Source: Cetorhinus maximus (taxonomy: Eukaryota). Taken from it: DNA of 64,000 nt. The notes beneath the pieces are model-generated. The model ran no database searches and was not told the DNA's origin. It saw only the letters and a program-made list of their open reading frames with translations. The stretch's first letter is position 1, and every line of letters starts with the position of its first letter. The position numbers and the translations under genes were made by a program. Positions 12,897 through 26,164 of this stretch are shown piece by piece. Where the stretch lies: positions 21,018,001 through 21,082,000 of the forward strand of contig NC_135902.1 in NCBI RefSeq assembly GCF_964194155.1. Direction: 5' to 3'.

Positions 12897-14020
12897 GTGA
12901 GGTGCTTAATGGGGAAGGGGAAAGGGAGAAAATCCGAGGCGGGGGGCAGTGGGGTTATCCGTTAGCCCAGGGATGGGGTTAAGGGGGAGCAGGAGGAAAG
13001 CCTCAGCTATTTATAATACGTATTGTGATTTAGATGAAGAGACAGAGAGCAATGTATCCGAATTTACTGACAATATAAAGTTAGGTGGAAATGTAAGCTG
13101 CGAGAAGGAAGTAGAGAGTCTGCAAAGAGATATAGACAGGTTAAGTAAGTGGGCAGCGAGATGATAGATGGAATTTAATGTGGGGAAGTGTGAGGCTATT
13201 CATTTTGGTCATAAGAATAGAAAAGCAGAATATTTTTAATAAAATGTGAAGCTTCCAAATGCTGAGTTCAGGGACCCTTGGGTGTGCTCATACAAGCAAC
13301 GCAACATTTAGTGGGGAGGAGGGCTGTGGGGGGGGTAAATGAAGGACAACCAGGGCAATGGGAAAGGGAATGAAGTTTGTACCATGGTGATTTTTAAAAT
13401 ATTCACCTAAAAGTATCGATAGTATAAAGAGAACCAATAAAGGTCATCGAAGGGCTTAACTATATATCAAAGATTATTTGGAGTAACTTGCAGGGTAGGG
13501 GAGTAGAGACCATGTTATGATATCAAAGGATGGGCTATGATTGGGCAATTCATAGAATCATTTAGCCCATGGAGCCATGTCAGCTCTTTGGTAGCCTATC
13601 TAATTTATCCCATTCCCTTGTTCTTCTCCTTAGTCCTGTAATTTTTTACTTTTCAAGTAAGGGTACTGGAAGGGTGAGCTGTGATTTGAGAATGATACAG
13701 ATGTTAAAGATCAATGCAGGTGCCTTTTTTTGAAATGTTTGTGAGTTGCATTGCAGTTGTTGGTCTCATTCCCAGTATTGCTACTCTGGTGCAGCAATTA
13801 GATAATTGCAATTTCACAATTAAGTCCATGGGAGAGGCAAAGAAATTGAACAGACGATGCTCCAGATGCTGTCACCTCGAAAGGCAGCTGCAAGCCATGC
13901 TGTTAGCACAGCAGCGCTTGTGTTTGAATGTGCCATTGTGGGTGATCCTTCAACACTATGACCTGTTGCTCTGATTTCCCTGATCTCAGTTTCTCTGATC
14001 TGTTTTTCCAGACTGCAAAG

Positions 14021-14142
14021 ATGGCCACTCGGCGGGTTGCCATGAAAGCTGTTGACTGGTTGGCGTTTGGCGAGCGGATCCCACCCAACCAGAGAGCTAT
14101 GTTTAATGCACTGAAAACCCGAAGTGATGCTCTATCTAGCAG
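14021..14142 (+). CDS. ATP5PD: ATP5PD exon 2 (first coding; exon starts at 14012)
   Basis: TTTTTCCAG|ACTGCAAAG ATG GCC; donor AG|GTCAGT. Confidence 0.95.
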
Positions 14143-17100
14143 GTCAGTGTCTCTGACCCCCCACCCCTGCCAATCTTAGTTACTAAGCACACTGTCAGTA
14201 CAAGAATGTGGTCTGATGTAAATTCATAGCAGGTGCATCCAGATCTTTGTCAACAAAGATACTTTTGTACTTTCCCCAAACATTGCTTGTGCTCATCAAA
14301 GTGAAGAATATTAGTGTTGAGGTTGGAACATTTTCCATTTCAGGCACCCAGCGCAAACATCGAACACTCCCGGGGCATTTTCAGCACAGGGTGGATATGT
14401 AGACTACATAGCACGGAAACAAACCATTCAGTCCAGCCAGTCCATACTGGTGTTAATGTTTCACTTGAGCTTCTCCCTATCCTTTCTCATCAACTCTATT
14501 GGCACAGCCCTCTATTCCCTTCTCCCTCTTATGCTTATGTAGCTTCCCCTTAAATGTATTTATCGTATTGACCTCAACTATACTCTCTGGTAGTGAATTC
14601 TACATTCTCACTGTTCATTGGAAGTTTTTTCTGAATTTCCTACTTGAACATATTGATCAGAGAACTGTTACAGCATAAAAGGAGGCCATTCGCTCCATCA
14701 TGTCTGCACTAGCTGTCCAAATGAGCATTTCACTTAGTGCCATTCCGCTGCCTTCTCCTCTTAACCCTGCACATTCTTCCTTTTCAGATAACTGTCTTTT
14801 GAATGCTTCAATTGCACCTGCCTTCATCATACTCTCTGGTGCATTCCAGACCTTAACCAGTTGCTACATGAAAAGGTTTTTTCTCATATCGCTTTTGTTT
14901 CTTTTGCCAATTACTTTAAATCTGTGCCCCCTCATTCTCGATCCTTTCAAGAGTGGGAGCAGTTTCTCTCTATTTACGCTGTCCAGCCTTTCATGATTTT
15001 GAATACCTCTATCAAATCTCTTTCCATCCTTCTTTTCTCCAAGAAAAACAGTTCTAACTTCTCCAATCTATCTTCATAATTCCTTATCTCTGGAACCATT
15101 CTCGTGAATCTTTTTTTCACTCTCTCCAATGCCTTCACATCTTTCCTAAAATGTGGTGCCCAAAACTGGATGCAATACTCTAGCTGAGGACAAACTAGTG
15201 TCCTATACAAATTCAAAATAACCCCTTGCTCTTGTACTCTATGCCCCTATAAATAAAGCCTAGGATACTGTATACTTTATTAACCATGCCCTCAACGTAC
15301 CCTGCCACCTTCATACATCCATGTCCCACTGCTCCTCCACCCCTTTAAGTTGTACCCCTTATATTGTTTCTCTATGTTCTTTCTGCCAAAATGAATCACT
15401 TCACACTTCACTTGCCACCTGTCCTCCCATTCCACCAACTTGTGCATGTCCTTTTGAAGTTCTACACTATCTTCCTCACAGTCCAAAATGGTTCATTTTG
15501 TATCATCTGGAAATTTTGAAATTGTGCACTGTACACCAAGGTCTTGATCATTATATATCAGGGAAAGCAAGGGTCCCAACACTTGCCCTGGAGGACTCCA
15601 CTACAAACCTTCTTCCAGCTTGAAAAACATCCACTAGCCACTGCTTCCTGTTTCCTTTCACTCAGCCAATTTCGTATCCATGCTAATGTCTCTTTTATTC
15701 CATGAGCTATAACTTTGCTCAGAAGCCTGTTGTGCGGCTCTATCAAATGCCTTTGGAAGTCCATGTACACCACATCAATAGCATTGCCCTCATCAACATT
15801 CTCTGTTACCTCCTCAAAACAATCAAGCAAGTTAGTTAAACTTGATTTTTCCCTTGAGAAATCCATGTTGGCTTTCCTTAATTAATTCTCATTTGTCCAT
15901 GTGACTATTCATTTTGTCCTGAATTATTGTTTCTAGAAGTTTTCCCACCACTGAAATTAAACTGACTGGCTTTTAGTTGCTGGGCTTATCTTTACACCCT
16001 TTTTTTTGAACAAGGGTGTAATATTTGCAACTCCCCAGTCTTTTGATACCACTCTCAAGTCTAAGGAAGACTGAAAATTCCACTCCCAGTTTCCTCAGCA
16101 TTGTGAGATGCATCTCATCTGGTCCTAGCGCCTTGGCCAGTTTATGTACAGACAGCCTATCCAATACCACCACCACCTCAATTTTAAACCCTTCTAGTAT
16201 CTGAATTAGCTCCTCTTTCACCATGGCCTGGGTAGCATCTTCTTCCTTGGTAAACTCAGATGCAAAGTATTCATTTAAAACCTCAGCTATGCCTTCTGCC
16301 TCAATGCATAAATCCCCTTTTGGTCCCTAATTGGCCCTACTCCGTCTACTAACCTTTTACTATTTATGTGCCTATAGAAGACTTGGGATTCCCTTTTATG
16401 TTAGCTGCTAGCCTCTCTTCATATTCCCTCTTTGCTTCTCTTATTTGCCTTATCACCTCCCCTCTGAACCTTCTATATCCAGCTTAGTTCTTGATTGTAT
16501 TTTCTACCTGACATGTCATAAGCACACTTCTTTATCTTAATTTCTGTCTCTCTGATCATCAAGGGAGCTCTGGATTTGTTTACCATACCTTTCCCCTTCT
16601 TCTCCTCTTTGAAGGTAGCCCTTTGATCGGCTACCATTGTTCCCACCAACCTTTGACTCCAATTTATTTGGCCCAGATCTGTTACCGCATTGAAGTTGGC
16701 TTTCCTCCAGTTATTTATTCTTACTCTATACTGTTGTTTGTCCTTTTCCATAGTCAGCCTGAACTTTATGATACAATGATCGCTGTCACCTAAAGGTCCC
16801 CTACTGACATTTGATCCACCTGGCCAACCTCATTCCCAAGAACCAAGTCAGCAGTGCCATCTTTCTTGTTGGACTGGAAACTTACTGCTGTAGAAAGTTT
16901 TCCTGAACATACCCTAGGAGCACTTGGCCCTCTCTGCCCTTGACACTACTACTATCCCAGTCTATATTTGAATCACCTCGCACCCAGGAATATTTAACAC
17001 CTAATCCTGCCCTTCTTTGAGCCAGGTCCCTTTTATAGCCACAACATCGTATTTCCATGTGGCAATCTGTGCCTTGTAACTTGCCAATCTTATTTACACA

Positions 17101-20100
17101 CACCATGCATTTACATACATGCACAGTAACCCTGATTAAGACTTTAATATGTTCTCCCTTACTCTGATCCTACCTATTAACTTAATATTCCTTATCCTAG
17201 TGCTATCTGTTTCTCCCAGTATTCTGTGTACCTTGGTATTCTCCTCTGATATTACGTCCTGATTTTCACATCCTTGCCAAGTTAGTTTAACAGTAGCTTT
17301 AGCAAAACACCCCACAAGGAACTCAGTCTTGGCTCTAGTTAGGTGCAACCTCTCCAGTCTGTACAGGTTCTATCTTCCCCTGAGCTGTTTCCAAAGTCCT
17401 AGGCATCTAAAGCCCTCCCTCCTGCACCATCTTTCCAGCTACGCATTCATCTGCTTTATCCTGCTCTTTTTATACTCACGTGTGGTACTGGGAGTAATCG
17501 GGCGATTACTACTTTTGAGCTCTTGCTAATTTCCTACCTAGCTCTCTAAATTCTGACTGCAGGACCACATCCCTCTTTCTGCCTATGTCACTCATACCAA
17601 TGTGGACCACGACTGCAGACTGTTCACCCTGTCCCCTAAAGCTCTCAACCTCACTGATGCACCACAATGACACCAGTTGCTCAAATTCTGAAATCCGGCG
17701 CTCAAGCTGCTGTAACTGACGACACTGCCTGCATGAATGGGAAGCCTCCTGGAGTTCTCACATAGTGCAGGATGTGCATCCTAGAGGTCAGAGCAGTCCT
17801 GCCATTTCTCTGATTATTCGTTAACTTTGCTAATGATAATAAACCTTACTAATACTGAAATAAAAGCAACATCCTTCCTGCCCTACAGAACTCATTTCTT
17901 CCCATCTCGATTCCATTCTCTTTTCCCTTTACAGTCTTTTCCCACCTACATTCGCGATTCCTCTGATGTCCTACATTATATCAACATTTTCCAATTTCCT
18001 GGCCCGAACCACCGCCTCTTCCTTATGGACGTCCAGGCCCTCCACACCTCCATCCTCTGCCAGGAAGGCCTGAGGATTCTCCGCTTCTTCCTTGAACAGA
18101 GACCCGAACAGTCCCCATCCACCACCACTCTCCTCTGCCTGGCTGAACTTGTTCTATCAACGGACAAAAGCAGATTATGAGCTCTCTCCTCCAACTTGAC
18201 CCCTTTTTTAATTCAATTTGCCCCTGACCCACAGTGCCATCTGTCACTTGTTTTTATGTTTTGCTTTCATAGAGTGCTGACCCTTGTTTTGCAATTAACA
18301 CCTTCTGCTATATTACCTTTGTGCCACTCTCAGTACCTTCTTTAGTCTTTAACACTACCATTAACACTCCCTTTGTCTTGTGTCCATGAAATCTTTGTCA
18401 AATCTCTCCTGAGGTCCCACCTATACCTGACCTTCTATTTTGTTCCACCTGCTTCACCCCCTCTTATACAGTATAAAATCCATCACGTTTCTACCTCTCT
18501 TCGGTTCTGAAGAAGAGTTATACGGACTTGAAATGTTAACTCTGTTTCTCCCTCCACAGATGCTGCCAGACCTGCTGAGTTTTTATTTCTTATTAATACA
18601 CTGATACTGATCTATTGTTTTGCTGGAAACACTGAATAAAGCTCTCTACACCGCTTATTGTCTACTCCAAGGGCAGGTGCAGCCCTGGTTAGATACAGAG
18701 TAAAACTCCTCCATTATCCCATCAAACTCTTGCAAGGCAGGTGATCAATGAGACAATGAGAAGGCGCTTTACTGTTTTTCAAACCCCTGCTGTATCTGAG
18801 CTAAATCCTAACAGTGTGTCTAAATGGAAAGTGCTCCATTCCAAGCTCAAATATGAACAGAAATACTCAACCCATAGTAGGTTAGGCAGCATCTGTGGGA
18901 AGAGAAACAGAGCTAATGTTTCAGGCTGGTTATCCCTTGAGCACAAAATTCACACAAAAAAGCAATAGATTCTCTCCTGGTGGACAGGTCTCTAAAGATG
19001 GGGTAAGAGGGGTATCTGTGTGGGGACTCTGGTCAGTGATTGTAGCCTGCTGTTTCTGCTTCCCCACAGGTTGACTTCGCTTCCTGAGAAACCTCCGGCC
19101 ATTGACTGGAGCTATTACCGGAAAGTGATTGTGAAGGCCGGTATGGTGGACGAGTTTGAAAAGAAGGTGACAGAACAGCTCCACATGTGTTTGGGTGGGT
19201 GGGGAGTTCAGAACAGGCAGGGAAAGCACAAAGAATGGCTTGTGTGTGCTCTCTTTAAACCTGAACAACTCGAATGCTTTTAAAAGGGAGTTAGTTGCTT
19301 AAAAAAGAATAATGTTACAAGGTATGGAGAGTGAGTAGCATTAGACGGAGATATAAAAGGGAATGGAAAGTAAGCAGGAGTCTGGGATTAGATTGGATGT
19401 GACATAATGAGGGTGGGGGGGGTGTGTGTGTGTCGGTGAGGGGTAGATATTGGGACCAGACTAGGTAGCTCATGTGGAGAAAAACACCAGCCTAATAGCC
19501 TGTTTCTGTGCTGGAATATTGTCTGCTCTGGTATTTGTTGTGAGTTTTGTATCTCCGTCTCTGTAGGAAGGTAAAAATCAAATCAGTAACTGAATGGTGA
19601 TAACTCACCTCTCCGGATGGATTCTCTCATCTCCCAGTGATTACGAAGCTGCAAAGAGCAATACTTGCCTTTATTGGAGGAGTACTTTGCAGAACAGGTT
19701 CAGTTCTATGGGTGCCAGGCACTTGCGCCTGAGCCTGGACCACAGTGAGCATCACAGCCACATGCTGCTGATGTTCATAAATACTTGCAGGCCAGCCAGA
19801 GTTACTGGATGGTGATCAGGCATGGGAGCCCCAGCTGGGTTTTCTCCTGTCAAGCCTGGAAGCTGAGGCAGTCTATCACTGGTGGGACCAGATAATTCTG
19901 CACCAGTGGGAATTGAAACTGCTGCCTTGAGGTGTGAATGACTCTGCGTTTACACAGTTGTGATTCTTGATTGACAGTTACCAAAATATTTGCTGCAGAT
20001 AACCAACTGTAGTCTCCTAATATGTTACAAACATACCGAAATGACATGTAGGTAAAGACCCATTGGTCCTTCAAGATTACCCCACACTCGTGTAGCAAAA

Positions 20101-21940
20101 TTATTGTAGGTACCCCTACCTTGCCACCCAACCCCCAACCCCAGCAGTCATGTAATCTGGAAGAGACAAAAAAATAATAAAAACCTAGGCCTGAAAAATG
20201 GTGGAAAAAAATCTGGAAAATTCCTTTTTGATTTCCCCAGGCATTCAAAACCTTAACAGTTAACACTGACTCTGCAGTTGTAAACTGTTAATCCGCTCAC
20301 CTATATGTTCTAATCTCTGCCAGTCAGGAACTTGCTCAGCTCCCTGTTGAAGGCTTGGAGAGTGTCAGTACCCACTACAGCATCCAGTAACATGTTCCAA
20401 TGGTCCACTGCTCTATCTAAATGCATTTATTGAGAAGGGGCTGGATAAACGCATGAGAGAGAAATTAATAGAAGTGTATGTTGATAGGATTAGATGAAGG
20501 AAGGTAGGAGGAGGCTTGTGCAGAATATAAACAGCATGTGGACCTGTTGGGCTGAGTGACCTGTTCCTGTGTTCTAGAGTCTATGCTTATTCCCACTTCT
20601 GTGTGGTTTAAATGCTTGTCCACTAAATTTCACAGGATTGAGAATTTCATACAGTACTTCTTGGTATCTAATTTAGTAAACAGACCAGTATCAGATTTCT
20701 CGGTGGAACAGTGAGTAATTGTAATCCAGGTCCTTTCATAGGATGGGGAGTGGGTTGCAGGAAGAGTTGTGACTGATAGTTTCATTTTATAATTTCTGTC
20801 TTCTCTCCACCCCTTTTCCTCCCCCAAATAGTACGAAGTGTTGAAGATTCCAGAACCTGTTGACACACAGAAGGAGAAGATCAACACCCAGGAGCAAGAG
20901 GCTGTGAGTAACAAACCCTTTTTCTTGAAATTGACACAGGTCTATCATGTGGTACAGTCAAATCGACTCTTGGAATGCAATGGGTCTACATTCAATTAAT
21001 GTTTCCTTTTTATTCAACAGGATAAGAGTGCTCAGTCCTACGCCCAGGCTTCAAAGGAGCGGATTTCCAAATATGAGAAAGAGGTATTAAAACTGCATAT
21101 GGTACCAGCTGGTCCTGTGGGCACTGACCCTAGCTGGGCCCTGGGTCCTGTGGGCCCTTTGGGTGCTGACCCTAGCTGAGTCCTGTAGACGGGTCCCTTG
21201 GGCACAGATTGTTCTCTTTAACATTATGGGTGTGGCCATTGAGTGAGTTCCAGCCTGCTGTCTGGGGGCTTTACTGCAGCATTTGACCATGTCATCATTT
21301 GACAGTTACATGTGTATTTCCCAGCAGGAGTCTCTGAATGACATGAACCCTGGATGCTTTTACCTCCCTTATCATGACCTGAGTTGTGAAAGCAAATTTC
21401 TACCTTCTGAATCCTGTTAATTCAGCACCCCGTGATTGGAAATTTGGTTCCTTCTGGTCTGTAAGGCACCATTACATGTTGGCTTTACCACTGACTCCCT
21501 GGGAGAACTTAACCAGGTTTCACTGGACTAGTGTGTAACCATCACAGCCAAGTCCAACTCAGTCCTGTCCCCACCCAATATATATGCTCCTGGGAAGAGT
21601 AAAAAGTAGACTCAACAAGAACCTGCTCAGAGCCCAGTACTAATGAGGAGGGGGCTGTGTATTCGGTGGGGTCTGCAAGGTGGCTTTATATGATTAGGGT
21701 GGGAGAAATGGGTGTGAGTCCCTGGAGGGCAGATCTATATCCTCTGGTCACCAATATGCTGTAATGTGTACATTTATTAATTTGTTCTGCTCATTTGCTG
21801 TTTTCCAGCTAGCCAAATTCAAAAGCATGGTCCCATTTGACCAGATGACCATTGAGGATTTGAATGATGCTTTCCCTGAAACCAAACTGGACAAGGAGAA
21901 GTATCCCTTCTGGCCGCACAAGCCCATCAGTGAGCTGTAA
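14021..21940 (+). CDS. ATP5PD: ATP synthase peripheral stalk subunit d (ATP5H); coding exons 14021-14142, 19070-19166, 20832-20903, 21021-21083, 21809-21940; 486 nt = 161 aa
   Basis: Spliced translation MATRRVAMKAVDWLAFGERIPPNQRAMFNALKTRSDALSSR|LTSLPEKPPAIDWSYYRKVIVKAGMVDEFEKK|YEVLKIPEPVDTQKEKINTQEQEA|DKSAQSYAQASKERISKYEKE|LAKFKSMVPFDQMTIEDLNDAFPETKLDKEKYPFWPHKPISEL*; GT-AG introns with consistent phases. Confidence 0.97.
14660..17800 (-). mobile_element. Degraded near-full-length CR1 LINE in ATP5PD intron 2
   Basis: Fragments SLTNLLDCFEEVT...DVVYMDFQ, LYRTLVCPQLEYCIQFWAPHFRKD and ALGPDEMH; many frameshifts. Confidence 0.85.
17930..18590 (+). mobile_element. Penelope-like element fragment (RT piece plus terminal region)
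   Basis: PTYIRDSSD...LFLMDVQALHTSI...LAELVLS RT motif; hammerhead-like motif near 18503-18541. Confidence 0.7.
19070..19166 (+). CDS. ATP5PD: ATP5PD exon 3 (97 nt)
   Basis: CCCCACAG|G...AAG|GTGACA; LPEKPPAIDWSYY. Confidence 0.95.
20832..20903 (+). CDS. ATP5PD: ATP5PD exon 4 (72 nt)
   Basis: Polypyrimidine tract then AATAG|TAC...GCT|GTGAGT. Confidence 0.93.
21021..21083 (+). CDS. ATP5PD: ATP5PD exon 5 (63 nt)
   Basis: CAACAG|GAT...GAG|GTATTA. Confidence 0.93.
21809..21940 (+). CDS. ATP5PD: ATP5PD exon 6 (terminal coding)
   Basis: TTTTCCAG|CTA...CTG TAA; PFDQMTIEDLNDAFPETKLDKEKYPFWPH. Confidence 0.96.
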   Translation, partial: LAKFKSMVPFDQMTIEDLNDAFPETKLDKEKYPFWPHKPISEL

Positions 21941-21991
21941 CTGTCTCCTGCTCCAGCCTATGCTCTCTACAAATGTAACTGTCTCTTGTAA

Positions 21992-21997
21992 AATAAA
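21992..21997 (+). terminator. ATP5PD polyadenylation signal
   Basis: AATAAA about 50 nt after the stop, followed by GT-rich sequence. Confidence 0.75.
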
Positions 21998-24599
21998 AGT
22001 GTTGCATGAGTGTTCCCTCTGACCTCCCTCTCTTGGTGTGTTACCAGGAGCTGTACAACTGGCAACTTCTCCACTCAACTTAAATGAAACAAAATATTGC
22101 ACAAAGGGAAGGTGTATCTCCTTCACTTTTTCCTTCTCATCCTCTCTTGAAGAAGCTGACCTATTCTAGAGTACAGATCCGTGAGACTGCATGTTCCCCA
22201 GTATCTCATCCAGATGGTATTCTGTGAGATTCTAGAGGGTGTTAACAAACTATTTGGTGATGGGGGCATCACATAACTTGATTATCACTACAGAAATCAC
22301 TCAATGGAAGCAGGCATCCTGGTTGATTTACTCCCCTTCTGTCTGTTACCATTTGACATCAGTTTCTTCATCCAGTTTCAGTTAAAATAATGTTCTGGCT
22401 TCATCTTTTCTCTCCTGCTTGTACCTTGTACTCTGGTAGGCCCTCTTTCAATCTAAAGAGTTCTGAGTTTTGCTACTCTGTGTTCTGGGATCAACCAACA
22501 TCACTTAAAAATAAAGGCAGATTATATGGTCATTATCTAATTACTGTTTGTGGGAGCATGTGCATAAATTGACTGTAAACCGTTTTTGGCCATCCGAAAC
22601 TGGAAGGCGTAATATAAATAGAATTATTCCTCTTGTTGTGGATAAAAAAACCCAGTTACTGGAATGGCGTAAATACAGTGCAATACTTGTAATGACCCAC
22701 CCATGCTGATGTCGGTGGGGTTAAGTGCTTCAGACGTGACTCTAGGTTGTCAGTCTGCACCCCAGCAGGGGCTGCTGCAATATCTGTTTTACTCTTGCAT
22801 CTCTTTGTGTTGAAATCTGGGATTGTCTTTGACTAGGGGTTGATATTTATTACAGTGAAGGAGCTGTTCTGTGCAGCCACAGATATAAATCTTTGGCACC
22901 ACCTGCCAAATGTAAATGTTTGTTTGTAGTTGGCCATTTTATGCTTTAGTAAGTTTTTTTCTCTCCTGTTCCTCAACCAAGTGGTCATGCTACCTCTGTT
23001 AGACTGTAGATGCTGATGATCTGTTCCAGTGGAGTGGAATCGCTGCCTGATTTAAAAAGAAAAAATCCTTCCCTCACATCTATGTGAGGGACCAATGGTA
23101 TATCTATCACTGCCCTGGCTGAGATTACCTTACTCTGCAGAAGATGGGGGTTGAATTTAGGATCTAATGGTTTGTCTTGCTTGTTGCTTCAGCCCCTTGA
23201 GGCACTGGGGAAGGTTTTGTATGAATATTTGAAAAGATTTTTCTCCTGTTATAAATGATCTAATTATATAGGGTTGTTTCCCCTTTGCTTCAGGCATTCT
23301 TCTGACTAGAATGAAGTGTAAATGATGCTGCAGGACCAAATCACTCACTGGCTTCCTTGCTGCAAAATCGTGGGGAGTGTTCGGTTAGCTCCCGCTTTAC
23401 CAAACCAGCTCATGCAAGGAAGGAACTCCAAAGGGCTGAGAAATTTTCTGACTCAATAAAAGAGCAAATTGTACTGCCCAGTCATATAGGTTAGTAGCCA
23501 GTGAATGAGTTCAAATCCTGAATTCAGGTTGAAATATCTGGAATTAAAAGCTGGTGTCAATAAAAGTGATTATGGAGCTAAAAGCAAAATACTGCAGACG
23601 CTGGAAATCTGAAATAAAAACAAAATGCTGGAAAAACTCAGCAGGTCTGGCAGCATCTGTGGAGAGAGAAACAGTTAACGTTTTTGAGTCCATATGTAGC
23701 CTTCAGAGTTGATTATGTAGCTGTTGGATTGCCTTAAAAACCCAACTGGTTCAGTGTCCTCACCAATGTGATTGATTCTTAACTGACCTCTGAAGGGGTA
23801 TAGAAAACCAGCTAGTTGTTTAAAGTTGTTGCTACCTTCTTGGGACAGCTAGAGATTGGCAATAAATGCTGACAGTGCCAGCAATGCCCACTTCCCAAAC
23901 ATCTTTGTTCTTTCATGGAATGTAGGTGTCGTTGGAAAAGCCAACATTTGTTGCCCATCCTTAATTGCCCTTGAACTGTGTGACTTGCTAGGGCAGTTAA
24001 GAGTCAACCACATTGCTGTGGGCCTGGAGTTGCATGTAGGCCAGACTAGGTAAGGATGGCAGATTTCCTTCCCTAAAGGACATTAGTGAACCAGATAACT
24101 TTTTATGACCGATAGTTTCATGGTCACCATTACTGAGACTAGCTTTCAATTCCAGATTTATTAATTGAATTTAAATTCCACCAGCTGCCCCAGAGGATTA
24201 GCCTGGGACTCTGGTTTACTAGTCCAGTGACATTACCATTATTCCACTTTCTTCCTAAAACATAACTAATGTTGAGAGGGCCGAAGGACGTGGTGTTCGT
24301 AGTTCCCCATTCTGCCCTATTCCGCCCTTTAAAGTGAACTCAAATTCTTGCAGCCTTGGATCAGCCTGGAGAAGGAACTGCCCCAAGACTTGAAACACCT
24401 GGGTAGGCTGTTATAAGTCCTAGTGATGAGTTTGGAGGCCACGCTTCAATTTTGCTGGCTGTTGGCCCATGGTATATTGGCAATAATACTTAGAAAGGTC
24501 CCAGTATGGCTGTCATAGGGTCAGGAATTATGTCTCACTGGTGTAGTTGGAGCAGAGAGAAGGTGGGATGTTCTGTGGTTGGAACTATCACCTTAATGT

Positions 24600-24830
24600 G
24601 ACATTGTAGGGGAAATGTTGTCAAATGCTATACCCGATGGGAGTGTTTGGGCAGTGTAGAGGGAGCTTTACTCTGTATCTAATCTGTTCAGTACTTGCCC
24701 TGTGAGTGATGAAGCAGTGTGGAGGAAAATGTTACTCAATATCTAACCAGTGCCTTGCCTGTCCTTGGTGCGATTGGGACAGTGACGAGGAAGTTTTACT
24801 CTCTAACCTCTGCTATATCTGCCCTAGGCA
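24600..24830 (+). repeat. Degenerate ~65-bp satellite-like repeat (GAGGGAGCTTTACTCTGTATCTAAC...GGGAGTGTTTGATGGGACAGTGTA)
   Basis: 3-4 degenerate units; related units at about 18600-18800 (minus), 37160-37320 and 50050-50170. Confidence 0.6.
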
Positions 24831-25489
24831 TGTTTGACCAAGTGTGCTCCACATTCACAGTATCCAACTCTCCCTGTGACCATCTGACCCATTCCTGGTA
24901 TTTGGTCATCAGTTGTTTGCTCAGAGTCCAAGCTGCGGGGGCAAAATGCACTTTTACATACAGTTGTAACCTGGAGCTATGGATAGTGATAGTAGAAGCT
25001 CCAACATCCTTTCCATCACATGGCTGACCAAGAATCTTTCCCACTCTTCACTACCTGTCATTGGACTATGTAGGAAGAATTTGCAGGTTGATACTCAACC
25101 TGTTTGACAGCATTATAAATGCATCTTCTTTGGACGTCAAGTCCAAGGGAGGAACTTGAAACTTTCTGGTTCAGAGACAGGTACGCCATCATTGTGCCAC
25201 TAGACCGACCTAGGAGTGTTTGATTAGAACACTGGGTTGGAAAGTTTTCACTAATACTGTATCACTAATTGATAAAGCACAATATGTAAAAACAGCTGAG
25301 CTATTTAAACTCCTGATGCTGATCTTGGAAGGTATAAAACTTTGTTTTGACCCCTCAAAGCTTTTATACACGTGCAGCATCCTCATCCAGAGGTTGTGAT
25401 CCTACTGAGGTCCATGTGAGCAGTCAATTCTCTGTTGCGGGCTGGGGCAAGGGTATATCTGTCTCAGTGAGCCGAGGTGGCGAGTGTTC

Positions 25490-25603
25490 CTTTAAGAAGC
25501 TGGACCAGCGGGTGACGGGTGACTTGTCTCTTTAAAAGGGGCGGGGCAGCATCAGTCGCTGTCGATCCTTTTCCAGACGCTTCTCTATCAGTCTGGTGGG
25601 GAG
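25490..25603 (+). promoter_or_regulatory. Putative promoter/5'UTR of WBP2-like copy A
   Basis: TGACG half-CRE, TTTAAAA and GGGGCGGGGC GC-box upstream of the ATG; CpG-rich. Confidence 0.55.
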
Positions 25604-26164
25604 ATGGCGATCAACAGGCCGGGGGAGCCCGGTAACCAGAGGTAACCGGGGGCTTGTGGGGAGAGGGGAGCCAGGCCAGGCTCGGCTCAGGCTGCAGACA
25701 CGCAACTGGGCCCGGCTGGGAATTTACTAATATTTATTAATCAAGTTGATTATAATACTTGTATTAATTTAATCTATTAATGTGAATGATACTAACTGTA
25801 TTTATAAATTATAATATAGAATGATAACAGTATAAGAGGAGGCCGTTCGGCCCACAGTGCCCCTGCCAACTCTTTGAAAGAGTCCAGTTAGCCCCACTCC
25901 CCTGCACTTTCTCCATTCGCTTGCAATGTTCTCCCTTCAAGTGTTTATCTAATTCCCTTTTGAAAGCCACTATTGAATCTGCCTCCTCCACCATCTCAGA
26001 CACCACATTCCAGATCACCATGCTGTGTAGAAAAAAAAATCTTTTTTCCTCATGATAGCTCTGGCTTTTTTGTTAATTACCTTAAACCTGTGTCCTCTGG
26101 CTACTGACCTGCCTGCCAGTGGAAATAGTTTCTCCTTAGTTACACTATCATCTATAATTATTGA

